64,000 nt of DNA, taken from Mobula hypostoma. Its lineage: Eukaryota. The notes under the pieces were generated by a model. It saw nothing but the letters and a program-made list of their open reading frames with translations. It did not search any database and was not told where the DNA came from. Of this stretch, positions 39,053 to 50,910 are shown in pieces. The stretch lies in the NCBI RefSeq assembly GCF_963921235.1, contig NC_086108.1, positions 46,440,001 to 46,504,000 of the forward strand, read 5' to 3'. Within the stretch, counting starts at the first letter, position 1. Each line of letters begins with the position of its first letter. Made by a program: the position numbers and the translations under genes.

Positions 39053-41321
39053 AATATGATAAGTTTTAATCTACAATTTGAGAGGGAGAAGGGAAACTCA
39101 GAAGTATCAGTATTACAGTTGAACAAAGGGAACTATGGTGCTATGAGGGAGGAGCTGGCCAAAGTTCAATGGAACAATACCCTAGCAGGGATGACAGTGG
39201 AACAGCAATGGCAAGTGTTTCTGGGAATAATGCAGAAGGTGCAGGATCAGTTCGTTCCAAAGAGGAAGAAAGATCCTAAGGGGAGTAAGAGGAGGCTGTG
39301 GCTGACAAGGGAAGTAATGGATAGTATAAAAATAAGAGATGAAGTATAACATAGCAAAGACGAGTGGGAAGCCGGAGGATTGGGAAAGTTTTAAAGAGCA
39401 ACAGACGGTAACTAAAAAGGCAATACGTGGTGAAAAAATGAGGTACGAAGGTAAACTAGACAGGAATATAAAGGAGGATAGTAAGAGCTTCTTTAGGTAT
39501 GTGAAAAGGGAAAAAAATAGTTAAGACCAAAATTGGGCCCTCGAAGACAGGAACGGGTGAATTTATTATGGGGAACAAGGAAATGGCAGACGAGTTGAAT
39601 GGGTACTTTGGATCCGTCTTCACTAGGGAAGACGCAAACAATCTCCCAGATATAATAGCGGCCAAAGGACCTGGGCAATGGATGAACTGAAGGAAATTTA
39701 TATTAGGCAGGAAATGGTGTTGGATAGGCTGTTGGGTCTGAAGGCTGATAAGTCCCCGGGACCTGGTTGTCTGCATCCCAGGGTACTTAAGGAGGTGGCT
39801 TTAGAAATCATGGACGCATTGGTAATCATTTTCCAATGTTCTATAGATTCAGGATCAGTTCCTGTGGATTGGAGGGTGGCTAATCTTGTCCTTCTCTTCA
39901 AGAAGGGAGGAAGAGAGAAAACAGGGAATTAAAGACCGGTTAGCCTGGTGTCGGTGGTGGAAAAGATGCTGGAGTCAATTATAAAAGATGAAATTACGAC
40001 ACACCTGGATAGCAGTAACAGGATCGGTCCGAGTCAGCATGGATTTACGAAGGGGAAATCGTGCTTGACTAATCTTCTGGAATTTTTTGAGGATGTAACT
40101 ATGAAAATGGATAAGGGAGAGCCAGTGGATTAAGCGTACCTGGACTTTCAGAAAGCCTTTGATAAAGTCCCACATGGGAGATTAGTAGGCAAAATTAGGG
40201 CACATGGTATTGGGGGCAGAGTACTGACATGGATTGAAAATTGGCTGGCTGACAGAAAACAAAGAGTAGCGATTAATGGGTCCCCTTTGGAATGGCAGGC
40301 AGTGACCAGTGGGGTACCGCAGGGTTCAGTGCTGGGACCGCAGCTGTTTACAATACATATTAATGATTTAGATGAGGGAATTAAAAGTAACATTAGCAAA
40401 TTTGCCGATGACACAAAGCTGGGTGGCAGTGTGAAATGTGAGTAGGATGTTATGAGAATGTAGGGTGACTTGGACAGGCTGGGTGAGTGGGCAGATGCAC
40501 AGCAGATGCAGTTTAATGTGGATAAATGTGAGGTTATCCACTTTGGTGGTAAGAACAGGAAGGCAGATTATTATCTAAATGGAGTCAAGTTAGGAAAAGG
40601 GGAAGTACAATGAGATCTAGGTGTTCTTGTACATCAGTCACTGAAAGCAAGCATGCAAGTACAGCAGGCAGTGAAGAAAGTTAATGGCATGCTGGCCTTC
40701 ATAACAAGGGGAATTGAGTATAAGAGCAAAGAGGTTCTTCTGCAGGGCCCTGGTGAGACCACACCTGGAGTACTGTGTGCAGTTTTGGTCTCCAAATTTG
40801 AGGAAGAACATTCTTGCTATTGAGGGAGTGCAGCGTAGGTTCACAAGGTTAATTCCTGGGATGGCGGGACTGTCATAAGTCGAAAGATTGGAGCAACTGG
40901 GCTTGTATACTCTGGAATTTAGAAGGCTGAGAGGGGATCTTATTGAAACATATAAGATTATTAAGGGATTGGACACGCTGGAGGCAGGAACCATGTTCCT
41001 GCTGATGGGTGAGTCCAGAACCAGAGGCCACAATTTAAGAATAAGGGGTAGGCCATTTAGAACGGAGTTGAGGAAAAACTTTTTCACCCAGAGAGTGTTG
41101 GATGTATGGAATGCTCTGCCCCAGAAGGCTGTGGAGGCCAAGTCCCTGGATGCTTTCAAGAAAGAGATGGATAGAGCTCTTAAAGATAGCGGAATCAAAG
41201 GTTATGGGGTAAGGCAGGAACTGGATACTAATTGTGGATGATCTGCCATGATCACAGTGAATGGCGGTGCTGGCTCAAAGGGCCGAATGGCCTACTCTTG
41301 CACCTATTGTCTATTGTCTAT
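39053..41321 (+). mobile_element. 5'-truncated CR1 LINE inserted into Gypsy gag
   Basis: [43 protein letters not shown]; (ctattgt)n tail; TSD AACA; several stops. Confidence 0.93.
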
Positions 41322-41933
41322 AACATGTTGGGCAGACAAAAATAAATGGACTGCCCATGGAGAAGATAAAAAGTCAAGTTGCATTTTCAAAAAGAGTACT
41401 AATCTGCACGCTGTTGATGAAAAAGTCTGATAAAGATGCTGAACTGAAGCCTGCAGATATCCAATTAAGAACTTGTACTGGAGAAAGCATAACTCCCTTG
41501 GGAATGACATTTGCAACTTTGAAATACAACAACCAACAAGTCACATTAAGCTTGTATGTGGAAGGAAGAGAAGGGCCAGCATTGTGGGGCCAGGATTGGG
41601 TAAGACAATTATAATTTGATGGCAGACCCATCCACCATTTGCATGCCACATCCCCCTAAAATAGAGTCAACTGAAAGCAAACTAAGAAAGGTATTGGATG
41701 ACACCACAGCATTATTCAAGGGTACCATTGGAAAACTCAAACATACAAAGGGTAAAATAGCGTTAAATGAAAATGCCACACCCAAATTTCACTCAGCCAC
41801 AGTCCGGTTCCTGGTACCATCCATGATAAAGTAGCCAGTGAGCTAGGTCGCATGGAGGCTGAAGGATTTCTTTACAAGTTGGAGTGGAGCTCATGGGCAA
41901 CACTAATGTTTCCAGGAGCCAACAAGAATAGGT

Positions 41934-43060
41934 CACAAAATCACACAAGACAAAGGAGCAGAAGTAGGCCATTTGGCCCATCGAGTCTGCTCCGCAGCTC
42001 CCCATGAGCTAAACTATTCATCGATCTAGTTCCAATTTCCGGCTTTTTCCCCATATCCCTTGATACCCTGACTAATTAGATACCTGTCAATCTCCTCCTT
42101 AAACACCCTCAATGATCGGGCCTCCACAGCCGTATGTGGCAATGAATTCCACAAATCCATGACCCTCTGGCTAAAATAATTTCTCCTCGTCACTGTTTTA
42201 ACTGGGTACCCACTAATTCCAAGACTATGGCCTCTTGTCCTGGACTCACCCACCAAGGGAAACAACCTTTCCACATCTACTCTGTCCAACCCTTTCAACA
42301 TTCGAAACGTTTCTATGAGATCCCCTCTCATTCTTCTATACTCTAATGAATACAATCCAAGAGCCGACAGACGCTCCTCATATGTTAGCCCCTGCATTCC
42401 AGGAATCATCCTCGTAAATCTTCTCTGAACTCTTTCCAACATCAGTATATCCTTTCTAAGATAGGGGGCCCAAAACTGCACACAGTATTCCAAATGAGGT
42501 CTCACTAATGCCCCATACAGCCTCATCAACACCTCCTTACTCTTATACACTATTCCTCTTGAAATGAATGCCAACATAGCATTCACTTTCCTTACCACCA
42601 ATCCAACTTGGTGGTTAACCTTTAGGGTATCTTGCACGAGGACCCCCAAGTCCCTTTGCACTTCTGATTTTTGAATTTTCTCCCCATCTAAATAATAATC
42701 TGCCCGATTATTTCTTCTTCCGAAATGTACAACCATACATTTGTCAACGTTGTATCTCATCTGCCATTTCTTTGCCCACTCTCCTAAACTGACTAAGTCT
42801 CTCTGCAACCTTTCCGTTTCTTCAACATTTCCTGCTCCTCCACCTATCTTGGTGTCATCCGCAAACTTGGCCACAAAACCATTTAATCCATAATCCAAAT
42901 CATCGATATACATTGTAAAAAGAAGCGGCCCCAACACCGACCCCTGCGGAACACCACTAGTAACCGGCAACCAATCAGAATAGGATCCCTTTATTCCCAC
43001 CCTTTGCTTTCTGCCTATCAGCCAATGCTCCACCCATTTCAATATCTTTCCCATAATTCC
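41934..43060 (-). mobile_element. 5'-truncated CR1 LINE with uninterrupted RT C-terminal ORF, inserted into Gypsy pol
   Basis: [30 protein letters not shown] open to the stop at 42026; the Gypsy RT reading resumes on both sides. Confidence 0.93.
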
Positions 43061-44879
43061 ATGGGCTGTCAGGATCTGTGATGATTTTAAAGTCACCCTC
43101 AACCCAGTACTGAAAGTTGATCAAGTCCCTCTGCCCGGGATAGAGGATATCTTTGAAAACCTTCCTGGAGGAAAACACTTCAGCAAAATGTATTTAACTG
43201 AGGCCTACCTCGTGGAGATGGAAGAAGAGTCCAAAGTGTTTCTCACCATAAACTCTCACAAGGGGCTTTATTGCTGTAATAGGCCTAGTTTTTGACTAGC
43301 ATCTGCAGTACATTCTGGCAGAAAGCTATGGACCAGATACTGCAAGACTGCCGAGCCACTCAGTGTTACCTGGAGGACATCATTGTTACCAGTGAGGATG
43401 ACAAGGAACATCTCCAATATCTCAAGACAATTAACAAGATTAGAAGATTTTGGGCCCAGGGCCCAAAGTAACAAGTGTGACTTCTTTAAACCAAGCATCT
43501 CCTACGGTGGTCACACCATTGACACTCAAGCATTACATAGGTGTACTGACAAGATCCAAGCAGTGGTGAATGCCCCAAGGCCAAATGATGCATCACAGTT
43601 GTGCTCCTTCTTAGGGTTTGTTAATTACTGTAACAGGTTCCTGCCAAACCAGGCTTTTGAGCTCCACCCTTTGAACTCATTGCCATTTCTTCCTGAATTG
43701 TAGTAATGGACAAAGCAGTGTGCGGTGGTTCTCTAAAAGACAAAGGAAGTGCTGATGCACACACTGTACTTGCACGTTATGAACATCGTCCACTGAAGCT
43801 TGCCTGAGATGCCTCGCCTTATGGTACAGGTGTAGTCATGTCACATGTTATGAGTGAGGAAAGTGAATGTCCCATAACCTTTGCATCATATTTCCTTATT
43901 GCGGCAGAGAAAAGTTACACATGGATTAACAGAGAGGATTTGGGTGTAAAATGTTTCAACCAGTACTTGTATGGGAGAGAGTTTACCCTCACTACTGATC
44001 ATCTACCTCTAGTGTCCATTTTCAATCAGCAGAAGCCTGAATCAGAGATGGGCTCTGTTTCTTGGGGGACACAATCACAAGGTTGAATTCAAGAGGACAT
44101 CTAATCATGGAAATGCTGATGGATTGTCCTGTTTACCCTTGGAAAATGAAATGCTTGAAAATTTACAAAAGAGGACACTCCTCTTGACGTATTATTCTGA
44201 ATGCAAGTTGAAAATTTCTCTATTATGGCAGAGATGATCCAAAATCCCACACTGTCTCAGGCCTGCATGGCCACCCAAAGTGGCAGAAAGGTGCAGCAGA
44301 AATTCCAGTTTTTCCATTTTTACCAACATCATCATGAAATTGCCCTTGACGGGGGTTGCCTTAAGTGGGAATTGAGAGCTGTAGTATGTACCATCCAAGC
44401 TGAGAACTAAAGTGTTGGAGGAGCTACTGTACGTGGTCAACCATACACGTTCAAAATAAAAACGCTGGCTCGAAGCTTTGTCTGGTGCCCTGGGATAGAT
44501 CAGATTGACCAGCTTGTAATGCATTGTTTAGGATGCCTATACATCTAGAAGATGCCAAGAGCAACATCTCTCTATTCCTGAGAATGGCCTGCATTGCCCT
44601 GGCAGAAGATCCATGTCGATTTTGCTAAATCATTCAGAGCCACTTCCAGGGTCTTGTAACCACCATGGAGAAGGCCCAAATCCTGAGATTGTTTCACAAC
44701 CTCAAGCCTCGCCTTTCAAGCAGAGTGACACCCCCGCCCCACACCTCCTCATCAGAAAGACTATGTCCCGCGTGAGTGAGAAATCCGCCACAGCGGTTAA
44801 ATCTCTATGCCTGAAAGTGACAATTTAAAATTTATTTAGCTGTGGGTATCTATATAGTAGTTGTATTAGAGTATACAGT

Positions 44880-44897
44880 TGTGTGTGTATGTGTATT

Positions 44898-44931
<34 letters not shown>

Positions 44932-45035
44932 TAATATACACTCACACATACTGCATATACATACATATACACACACATCCTGTATATGCATGCATGTACA
45001 CACACATACATATGCACACACATATATATGTATAT
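44880..45035. repeat. Compound (TG)/(TA)/(CA) microsatellite
   Basis: Visible dinucleotide tracts. Confidence 0.95.
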
Positions 45036-45679
45036 AAAAATATGACTGAAGAACAATGCATTACATATGAGTTGAGATGCATCCTATAGTGAGTTGGTGT
45101 TTATAGCTAAGCAACAAGGAGTGCAGTGTATTTAATATTTCAGTAATATTTAAATAATATTGTAAATATTGTTTTCTTAAGCTTTCTTTGGTGTTTATGT
45201 GTTTCATTACTATACGACATGTTTTTCTTTCAATTAGTTTCTGAGTAACAAAACATGACAGGCTCAAGGGACAAATTGACCTGTACCTGCTCCTTACATT
45301 ACATTTCTCTGGAATACCCTGACAGCTTGCCAACTGCAAAGCCATTAAAATTGTTTTCAAAAACAACTTAAGGGTAATTGAAATGCATTTAATTTGTTTA
45401 AATTATTTAATTAATTAAAAAAATAGAAATCTTAAATTAAAACTACATATCTACACTTACTTTTTTCTCCCAGCAGTCATATGCTAACCTTCCTCGTCCT
45501 AAACCAGAAGGATGAAGAGAAGTAAACTCATCTCCTCTCTCCATGGTGCACTTCTAAAAGTTTGAATGGCGAGCCTAGTAACAGAAATCTTTATGTCCTT
45601 TCTATCACCTCTTAGAGTCAGAGAGACAAGTTGTATAGAAAGAGTTTTTATTCCATCAATTCCATACTGACCATGAACC

Positions 45680-45960
45680 ACCTATTTATACTAATCCCAC
45701 AATAATCCCATTTTCTCCTCTCATTTTCAGCATCTCCTCCCAGATTCTACCATTCGCCTACACACTATGGGCAATTCAGAGTGGTGAATTAACCTCCACC
45801 CACATTTCTTTGGGATGGAGGGAGGGAACTGGAGCAACTGGGAGCAACCAACATACTGACAGGAAAAACATGCAAATTCCACATAAACAGTGACCCAGTT
45901 CAGAATTAGACTCTGTTCCGTGGCACAGCGAGACAGCAGCTCGCCAAGCTGTACCACTGA
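45680..45960 (-). mobile_element. SINE remnant
   Basis: Minus strand tggtacagcttg..tgtggaatttgcatgttttt, related to the + strand copy at about 24570-24860. Confidence 0.5.
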
Positions 45961-46519
45961 GGTGGCCCCATTACAGAACTACCTATCCCTCAGTCAGCTC
46001 ATTTTGGCTCATTAAAGATTCCAAAGCACAGCTCTGTATTTTCACTATCCACTTAATAACCAGAGTAAAAGGAGAAATAGACACAGGAAGAAAATCCTAA
46101 ATGTCACAAAAATTGCTTAAAAGAATTACCAATTAAGTTATTTTGTCTGGTATTAAAGTGAGGGCTGGGGTGGGGGAGGTGGAAGGCTCAATATACAGTA
46201 TATGACATTGCATAATTAATGCCTATTCTTGGAGCTTGCGCTATCCGTTGTCCACCAAAGCCTGCCCGACTCCCAGTATAAACTATTCAATACAACTAAA
46301 GCCATGTGTTGAGCTATATGGGAAGTCTGCAGTAAGGTGGGAGATGTTCATTGACCTTGCTAAGAGTGTGTGGGTGCCCATCTGGTTGGGTGGATACAGC
46401 ATGCATTTATTCTGGTATGTGTGTCACTTCACAAGCCAGATTAGGAAAGAGTACAGCAAATATAACTTAACAGAAATAAGAAATTTTAAAATGTTCAAGT
46501 GATTTTGTGTGATGCGCCT

Positions 46520-46690
46520 CATTACTCTGCTGTCCACTGTCCATTGCCCTGACACTGTTTGACTCTCACAGTGCAAACCCTACCGCACAGCTGAAGCTTG
46601 CCTGTGGAACTGTAATGGAAGTCTTTAATACGATGGGAACATTTCATTGCCCCTTTCACTGGCACCCTCAAAACATGCTATATAGTTGAC
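46520..46690 (-). pseudogene. Decayed CCP pseudo-exon (J)
   Basis: VPVKGAMKCSHRIKDFHYSST../FSCAVGFAL../QCQGNGQWTAE*; frameshifts and stop. Confidence 0.75.
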
Positions 46691-46974
46691 AGGCAAGAGC
46701 ATGATTTCAACTTTTTTTTTCCTAGTCACAGGCACAGTATATACATGCGTTAATTTATGTATCATAAAGAATGTGAAGAATTTAAATTTACAAGTGAGAA
46801 TTTATTAAGTAAATGATAGTTAAAGTAGAGACGTTCTCGGTTCATTGGTACACAATGGTTATCCAGAATTTTTAAACCAATGTTGTCTCATATTAAGTTG
46901 TAAATGAAGTTTCAATCAGTGGTTCTCTGCTGATTTTCAGTTGATTTGAGCAAATGACTAATATTGTTATTTTG

Positions 46975-47175
46975 TTGTTCCTCTCCACACCTTGTGGTGC
47001 ATTGGGTGACAACCTTCCTGTTTCTTTAGCATTTATTTATTTTTAGTGAGGCTGATTTGCTAGCTCGACACTCAACCCAGCATGGATGGAAAGCATGCAA
47101 GGGACCAGCTGGATTCAAAGCCAGGACCACTTGCCTTGAAGTCTGGTGAGGATGCCTCTACACCACCGGTTGGCC
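46975..47175 (-). mobile_element. tRNA-derived SINE
   Basis: Copy of 12935-13143; head ccggtggtgtagagg...ctttgaatcc. Confidence 0.6.
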
Positions 47176-47229
47176 TAAATGATTGAAATACAATCCCACA
47201 ATTTCAATGAAGGGTTTATCCATGTTTGT

Positions 47230-47520
47230 TTATTTATTTATTTATTGGGATACAGCCCAGAATAGGCCCTTTCGGCCCTTCGAGCCATGCCAACCAGCGA
47301 CCACCAATCTAACCCCAGTCTAATCACAGGATAATTTACAATGGCCTATTAGCCTACTAACCCATACGTCTTTGGACTGTGGGAGGAAACCAGAGCACCT
47401 GGAGAAAACCCACACATTCCATGGGGAAGATGTACAGACTCCTTACAGACAACACCGGAATTGAACACTGAACTCCGACACTCCAAGCTGTCGTGCTGAC
47501 CGCTATGCTACCCTGGCACT
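47230..47520 (-). mobile_element. tRNA-derived SINE
   Basis: Head tagcatagcgg (A box) and gttcaattcc (B box); (taaa)n tail. Confidence 0.7.
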
Positions 47521-47606
47521 GATGCTGAGAAAGTCTTTGGATAATACAAAAAGATTTGTGCAAATGATTTCAACAATTTCAAGCCTTGGCAAATTTTCTC
47601 TGGTAC

Positions 47607-47790
47607 ATTTGCATTTGGTGATTTGGGCCAACCACTGTCCATTAGCTTGACACTGTAACCTGTCCAACCCACTCAGAGTAAACCCATTGCACCCCGATAA
47701 TCACATGTTGAGCTATAGCTGAAATTTCCAATGGAATGACGGCAGTTCATTGTCCCTTGTTTCAGGTTTTCAGTTTTGGACACCTTATGG
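47607..47790 (-). pseudogene. Frameshifted CCP pseudo-exon (I)
   Basis: 184 bp between AG and GT (two 1-bp deletions relative to 186); IRCPKL../KQGTMNCRHSIGNFSYSSTCDY../TLSGLDRLQCQANGQWLAQITKCK. Confidence 0.82.
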
Positions 47791-47809
47791 CTGGAATGCA
47801 AGATGTTAA

Positions 47810-47944
47810 GCACATCTAACCCTTGCGGTACAGACTCTTCTGTGGAGTCAAAGATGCATGCTGAGCTGTAACTGAAGTTTCTAATGGGATGGATACAGTT
47901 CATCATCCCTTGTTCTGGTTGTGTTATCACCTGGCAGGTTACAT
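47810..47944 (-). pseudogene. Truncated CCP pseudo-exon (H; D/E type)
   Basis: AG acceptor then VTCQVITQPEQGMMNCIHPIRNFSYSSACIFDSTEESVPQGLDVL; fourth Cys lost, 3' third and donor deleted. Confidence 0.8.
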
Positions 47945-48090
47945 CTGAAATGTCACTTTGACTTTCACCACTCAATTGTGAATACACAGCATACTATTTT
48001 GAATGAACGAGCATAAGTAACTATAGTTATAGAAACTGAAAGTTTTATATAAGAGTTCAATAGCTAGCTTTGTTTTGATAAACACAATAC

Positions 48091-48276
48091 CTCTACATGT
48101 GGGCTTTTCTGCTGTCCACCGACCAGAGGCTCTGCATTCAAGTCTGTGTGATCCCATTAACGTGAACCCCTCAGCACAGCTGAAGTCGCATGTTGAGTTG
48201 AAACTGAAGCTTCCGATGGGATGGGAACAGTTCATTGCACCGTGTTCAGGTTGCATCATTTTCTCGCAGATTAGAA
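48091..48276 (-). CDS. Selectin sushi/CCP exon (G)
   Basis: 186 bp, AG/GT bounded; LICEKMMQPEHGAMNCSHPIGSFSFNSTCDFSCAEGFTLMGSHRLECRASGRWTAEKPTCR; 115-bp intron separates it from exon F. Confidence 0.92.
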
Positions 48277-48391
48277 CTGTAAGAGAAGAGTAGTATTTTC
48301 TCAGCTTTAAATTTTGCAGATATAATACCAATATTTTATAGGAAATTTTAATATAATTGAAGGCTAATGTTAAAATGAAGTTTTCTAGTAC

Positions 48392-48577
48392 CTTCACAGT
48401 TGGGGTTTTGTGCAGTCCATTGCCCATTGCTTTGACACTGTAGATTTTTTGACCCTTTCAGTGCAAACCCTTCAACACAGCTGAAGTCACACATTGAGCT
48501 ATAACTGAAGTCCCCAATAGGATGTGAGCAGTTCATCGCCCCATTTTCAGGGTCTGTCAATATTTGACAAGATGCAG
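48392..48577 (-). CDS. Selectin sushi/CCP exon (F)
   Basis: 186 bp, AG/GT bounded; ASCQILTDPENGAMNCSHPIGDFSYSSMCDFSCVEGFALKGSKNLQCQSNGQWTAQNPNCE; paralogue of exon A. Confidence 0.92.
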
Positions 48578-48746
48578 CTAAAATATAGAATTTAAATTCC
48601 TTTAGCATTTGGAAAAATAAGTAAGGCATGGCATATTCATGAATTTGTAATATGTATAATATCAAAAAGCAAATCAGCAACAAGAATCTAACATCTGTTA
48701 TTATTAACAAACATCCAAAGTTAAGACAGGGTAATTAGCTTAGTAC

Positions 48747-48932
48747 CTTTACAGTTGGGAATGGGTGCTGTCCATTGTCCATTGGCTTCACACTGAAGCA
48801 CTTCTGACCCCTGCAGCAGAAATCCTTCTGTGCAGTCAAAGGAGCACGTTGAGCTGTAGCTGAAGTCTCCGATGGGATGGGTGCAGTTTACTATCCCTCG
48901 TTCTGGCTGTGTTATTGTCTGGCAGGTTACAG
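48747..48932 (-). CDS. Selectin sushi/CCP exon (E)
   Basis: 186 bp, AG/GT bounded; VTCQTITQPERGIVNCTHPIGDFSYSSTCSFDCTEGFLLQGSEVLQCEANGQWTAPIPNCK (3 aa differ from exon D). Confidence 0.92.
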
Positions 48933-49090
48933 CTGTAATGCAATTTTGACTTTCACCATTCAATTGTGAACACACAACTTTTTTTCCAAAGAAACAGGCT
49001 AAAGTAGCAATTGTTGTTATAGAAATTGAACAAAATTTTACCAAGTTCAGTACATAACACAAGCTAGTTTTTCTCTGATGAATACAACAC

Positions 49091-49142
49091 ATCCACATGT
49101 GGGCATTTTTGCTGTCTACAGTCCAGAAGCTCTACATTCAAC
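49091..49142 (-). pseudogene. 3' fragment of a deleted CCP exon (paralogue of exon C)
   Basis: Matches the ECRASGRWTAE.PTC-coding end of exons C/G; flanking intron 49170-49400 resembles 54340-54560. Confidence 0.7.
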
Positions 49143-50334
49143 TCCTATCACCAAAACAGCTTCATGATCATGTTAAGCAAAATTGCAAATCCATCCAAAG
49201 GGACTGATGATTTGAACATTTATCTTCCAGCACACATGCTTCTCTACCATCTCCAAGATTTATTACTCATATTCTGATCCTCAATCTTCACCAAATAATA
49301 TTCTCCCAATCTTAATGAGAATTGCTTATGCAAAGTGTTTTTGGTCACAAGCCAAGGCATTGAAGGTGCTAAAGTGCTTTCGTCTAAGAAGGTATTATTT
49401 AAATTAAGGAAGTATTATATTAATGTAATTTGCCTTCTGACTAAAGAGATGGAGTTATTAATTAAAGAAGAAAGTAGGCATAATTTGAATGTGTTCTTGT
49501 ATTTCTTAAATCTTTATTTAAGAAAATAACGTTCCTACTACTGTCTCTTTAATCTGACAGCAGTTATAAGGATCCTGCACTGACCTGACCTTCCACGGGA
49601 CCTGTGAAAACAGCCTCACATTAAAATACTGGATGAAAACCATTATGTATTCCATAGAAAATATTATCATCTTGTTAAGGCAATGATATAGATGACTTGG
49701 TAAGTTACAAAATATCAAACGCAGTGAGTTTAATCTGCTGATGCTTGTGCTTTGTTGCTCACTGAGCAAGATGTTAAGTGTGAGAAAGTTGTTTTTGGGG
49801 TACTTATTGCTTGGATTTTGTCATCAATGTGGTGTCAAAATGTTACAGAGTTTTTCCAGTGGTTGAGAATCAACTTCACAAAGCGCTACCAACAGATCTG
49901 CCAAATTCCTTGCATACATGTTTACAAATGAAATTAAATATGGGGAGGGATGATAATCCTGGAGAATGCATTGCAGCTGCAGTACACAGCGACAGTGTGA
50001 ACATTTGCAGACAATTCCCATGACTAAATGTAGGCAATATTAATTAGATCAGAATCTTCCCAAAAATAAAAATTCAAAAACAATAAGTAACATAAGAGGT
50101 AAAGATTAAAAAGTTCAGTTTGCCTTAGATTAATAGGTGATTTTGTATTCAAAATTTCCAGAATCATCCACCACAAATCATTTTGCTGACCTTATTTCAT
50201 AGAGTCATAGAACATTACAGCTGAGAAACTGGCCATTTGGCCCATCTAGTCTGTGCCAAACCATTAATCTGCCTAGGCCCATTGATCTGTACCGGGTTCG
50301 TAGCCCCCCATATCCCTTGCACTCATGTATTGAA

Positions 50335-50910
50335 GGATGTATGCTTAAGCTGCTGCTCTCCTCCTTCTACACCCATGACTGAGTGAGTAGGCACAGCCCA
50401 AATGCCATCTACAAATTTGCCATTTACACAACAGTTTTTGGCAGAATCTCAGATGGTGATGAGCAGGTGTACAAAAGTGAGATAGATCAGCTAGTTAAGT
50501 GGTGTTCAACAAAAACTTTGCACTCAACATCAGTAAGACCAAGGAATCGATTGTGGATTTGAGGAGAAGGAAGGCAGAGGGACACACACCAGTTCTCACC
50601 GAGGGGACAGCAATGGAAAGGGTGAGCAGTTTCACGTTCCCGGGTGTCAACATCTCTGAAGATCTATCCTGGGTCCAACATATTGATGCAATCATGAAGA
50701 AAGCATGTCAGCAGCTGTATTTAGTTATGTTTGAGGGAATTTGGTATGCCACCAAAGACACTAACAAATTTCTACAGAAATACTGTGGAGAGAACTCTAA
50801 CTGGTTGCATCACTGTCTGGTATGGAGGGGCCACTGAACAGAACTGGAAAACACTGCAGAGGTTTGCAAACTCTACCATGGGCACCAGCCTCCACAGTAT
50901 CAAGGACATC
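50335..50910 (+). mobile_element. Rex/Babar LINE RT fragment
   Basis: LNISKTKESIVD.RR..ERVSSF.F.GV.ISEDLSW; FYRNTVE.TLTGCITVWYG. Confidence 0.82.

Larger units (their letters stand above)
37944..45260 (+). mobile_element. Decayed Gypsy LTR retrotransposon with two nested CR1 insertions
   Basis: Related LTRs at about 37944-38174 and 45122-45260 (both end acaaaacat(a/g)aca); PBS-like tggtgatgagga; Zn knuckles CYCCGRGSH / CRKCHKVEH; pol remnants FLGFVNY.NRFLP, GREFTLTTDH. Confidence 0.85.
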
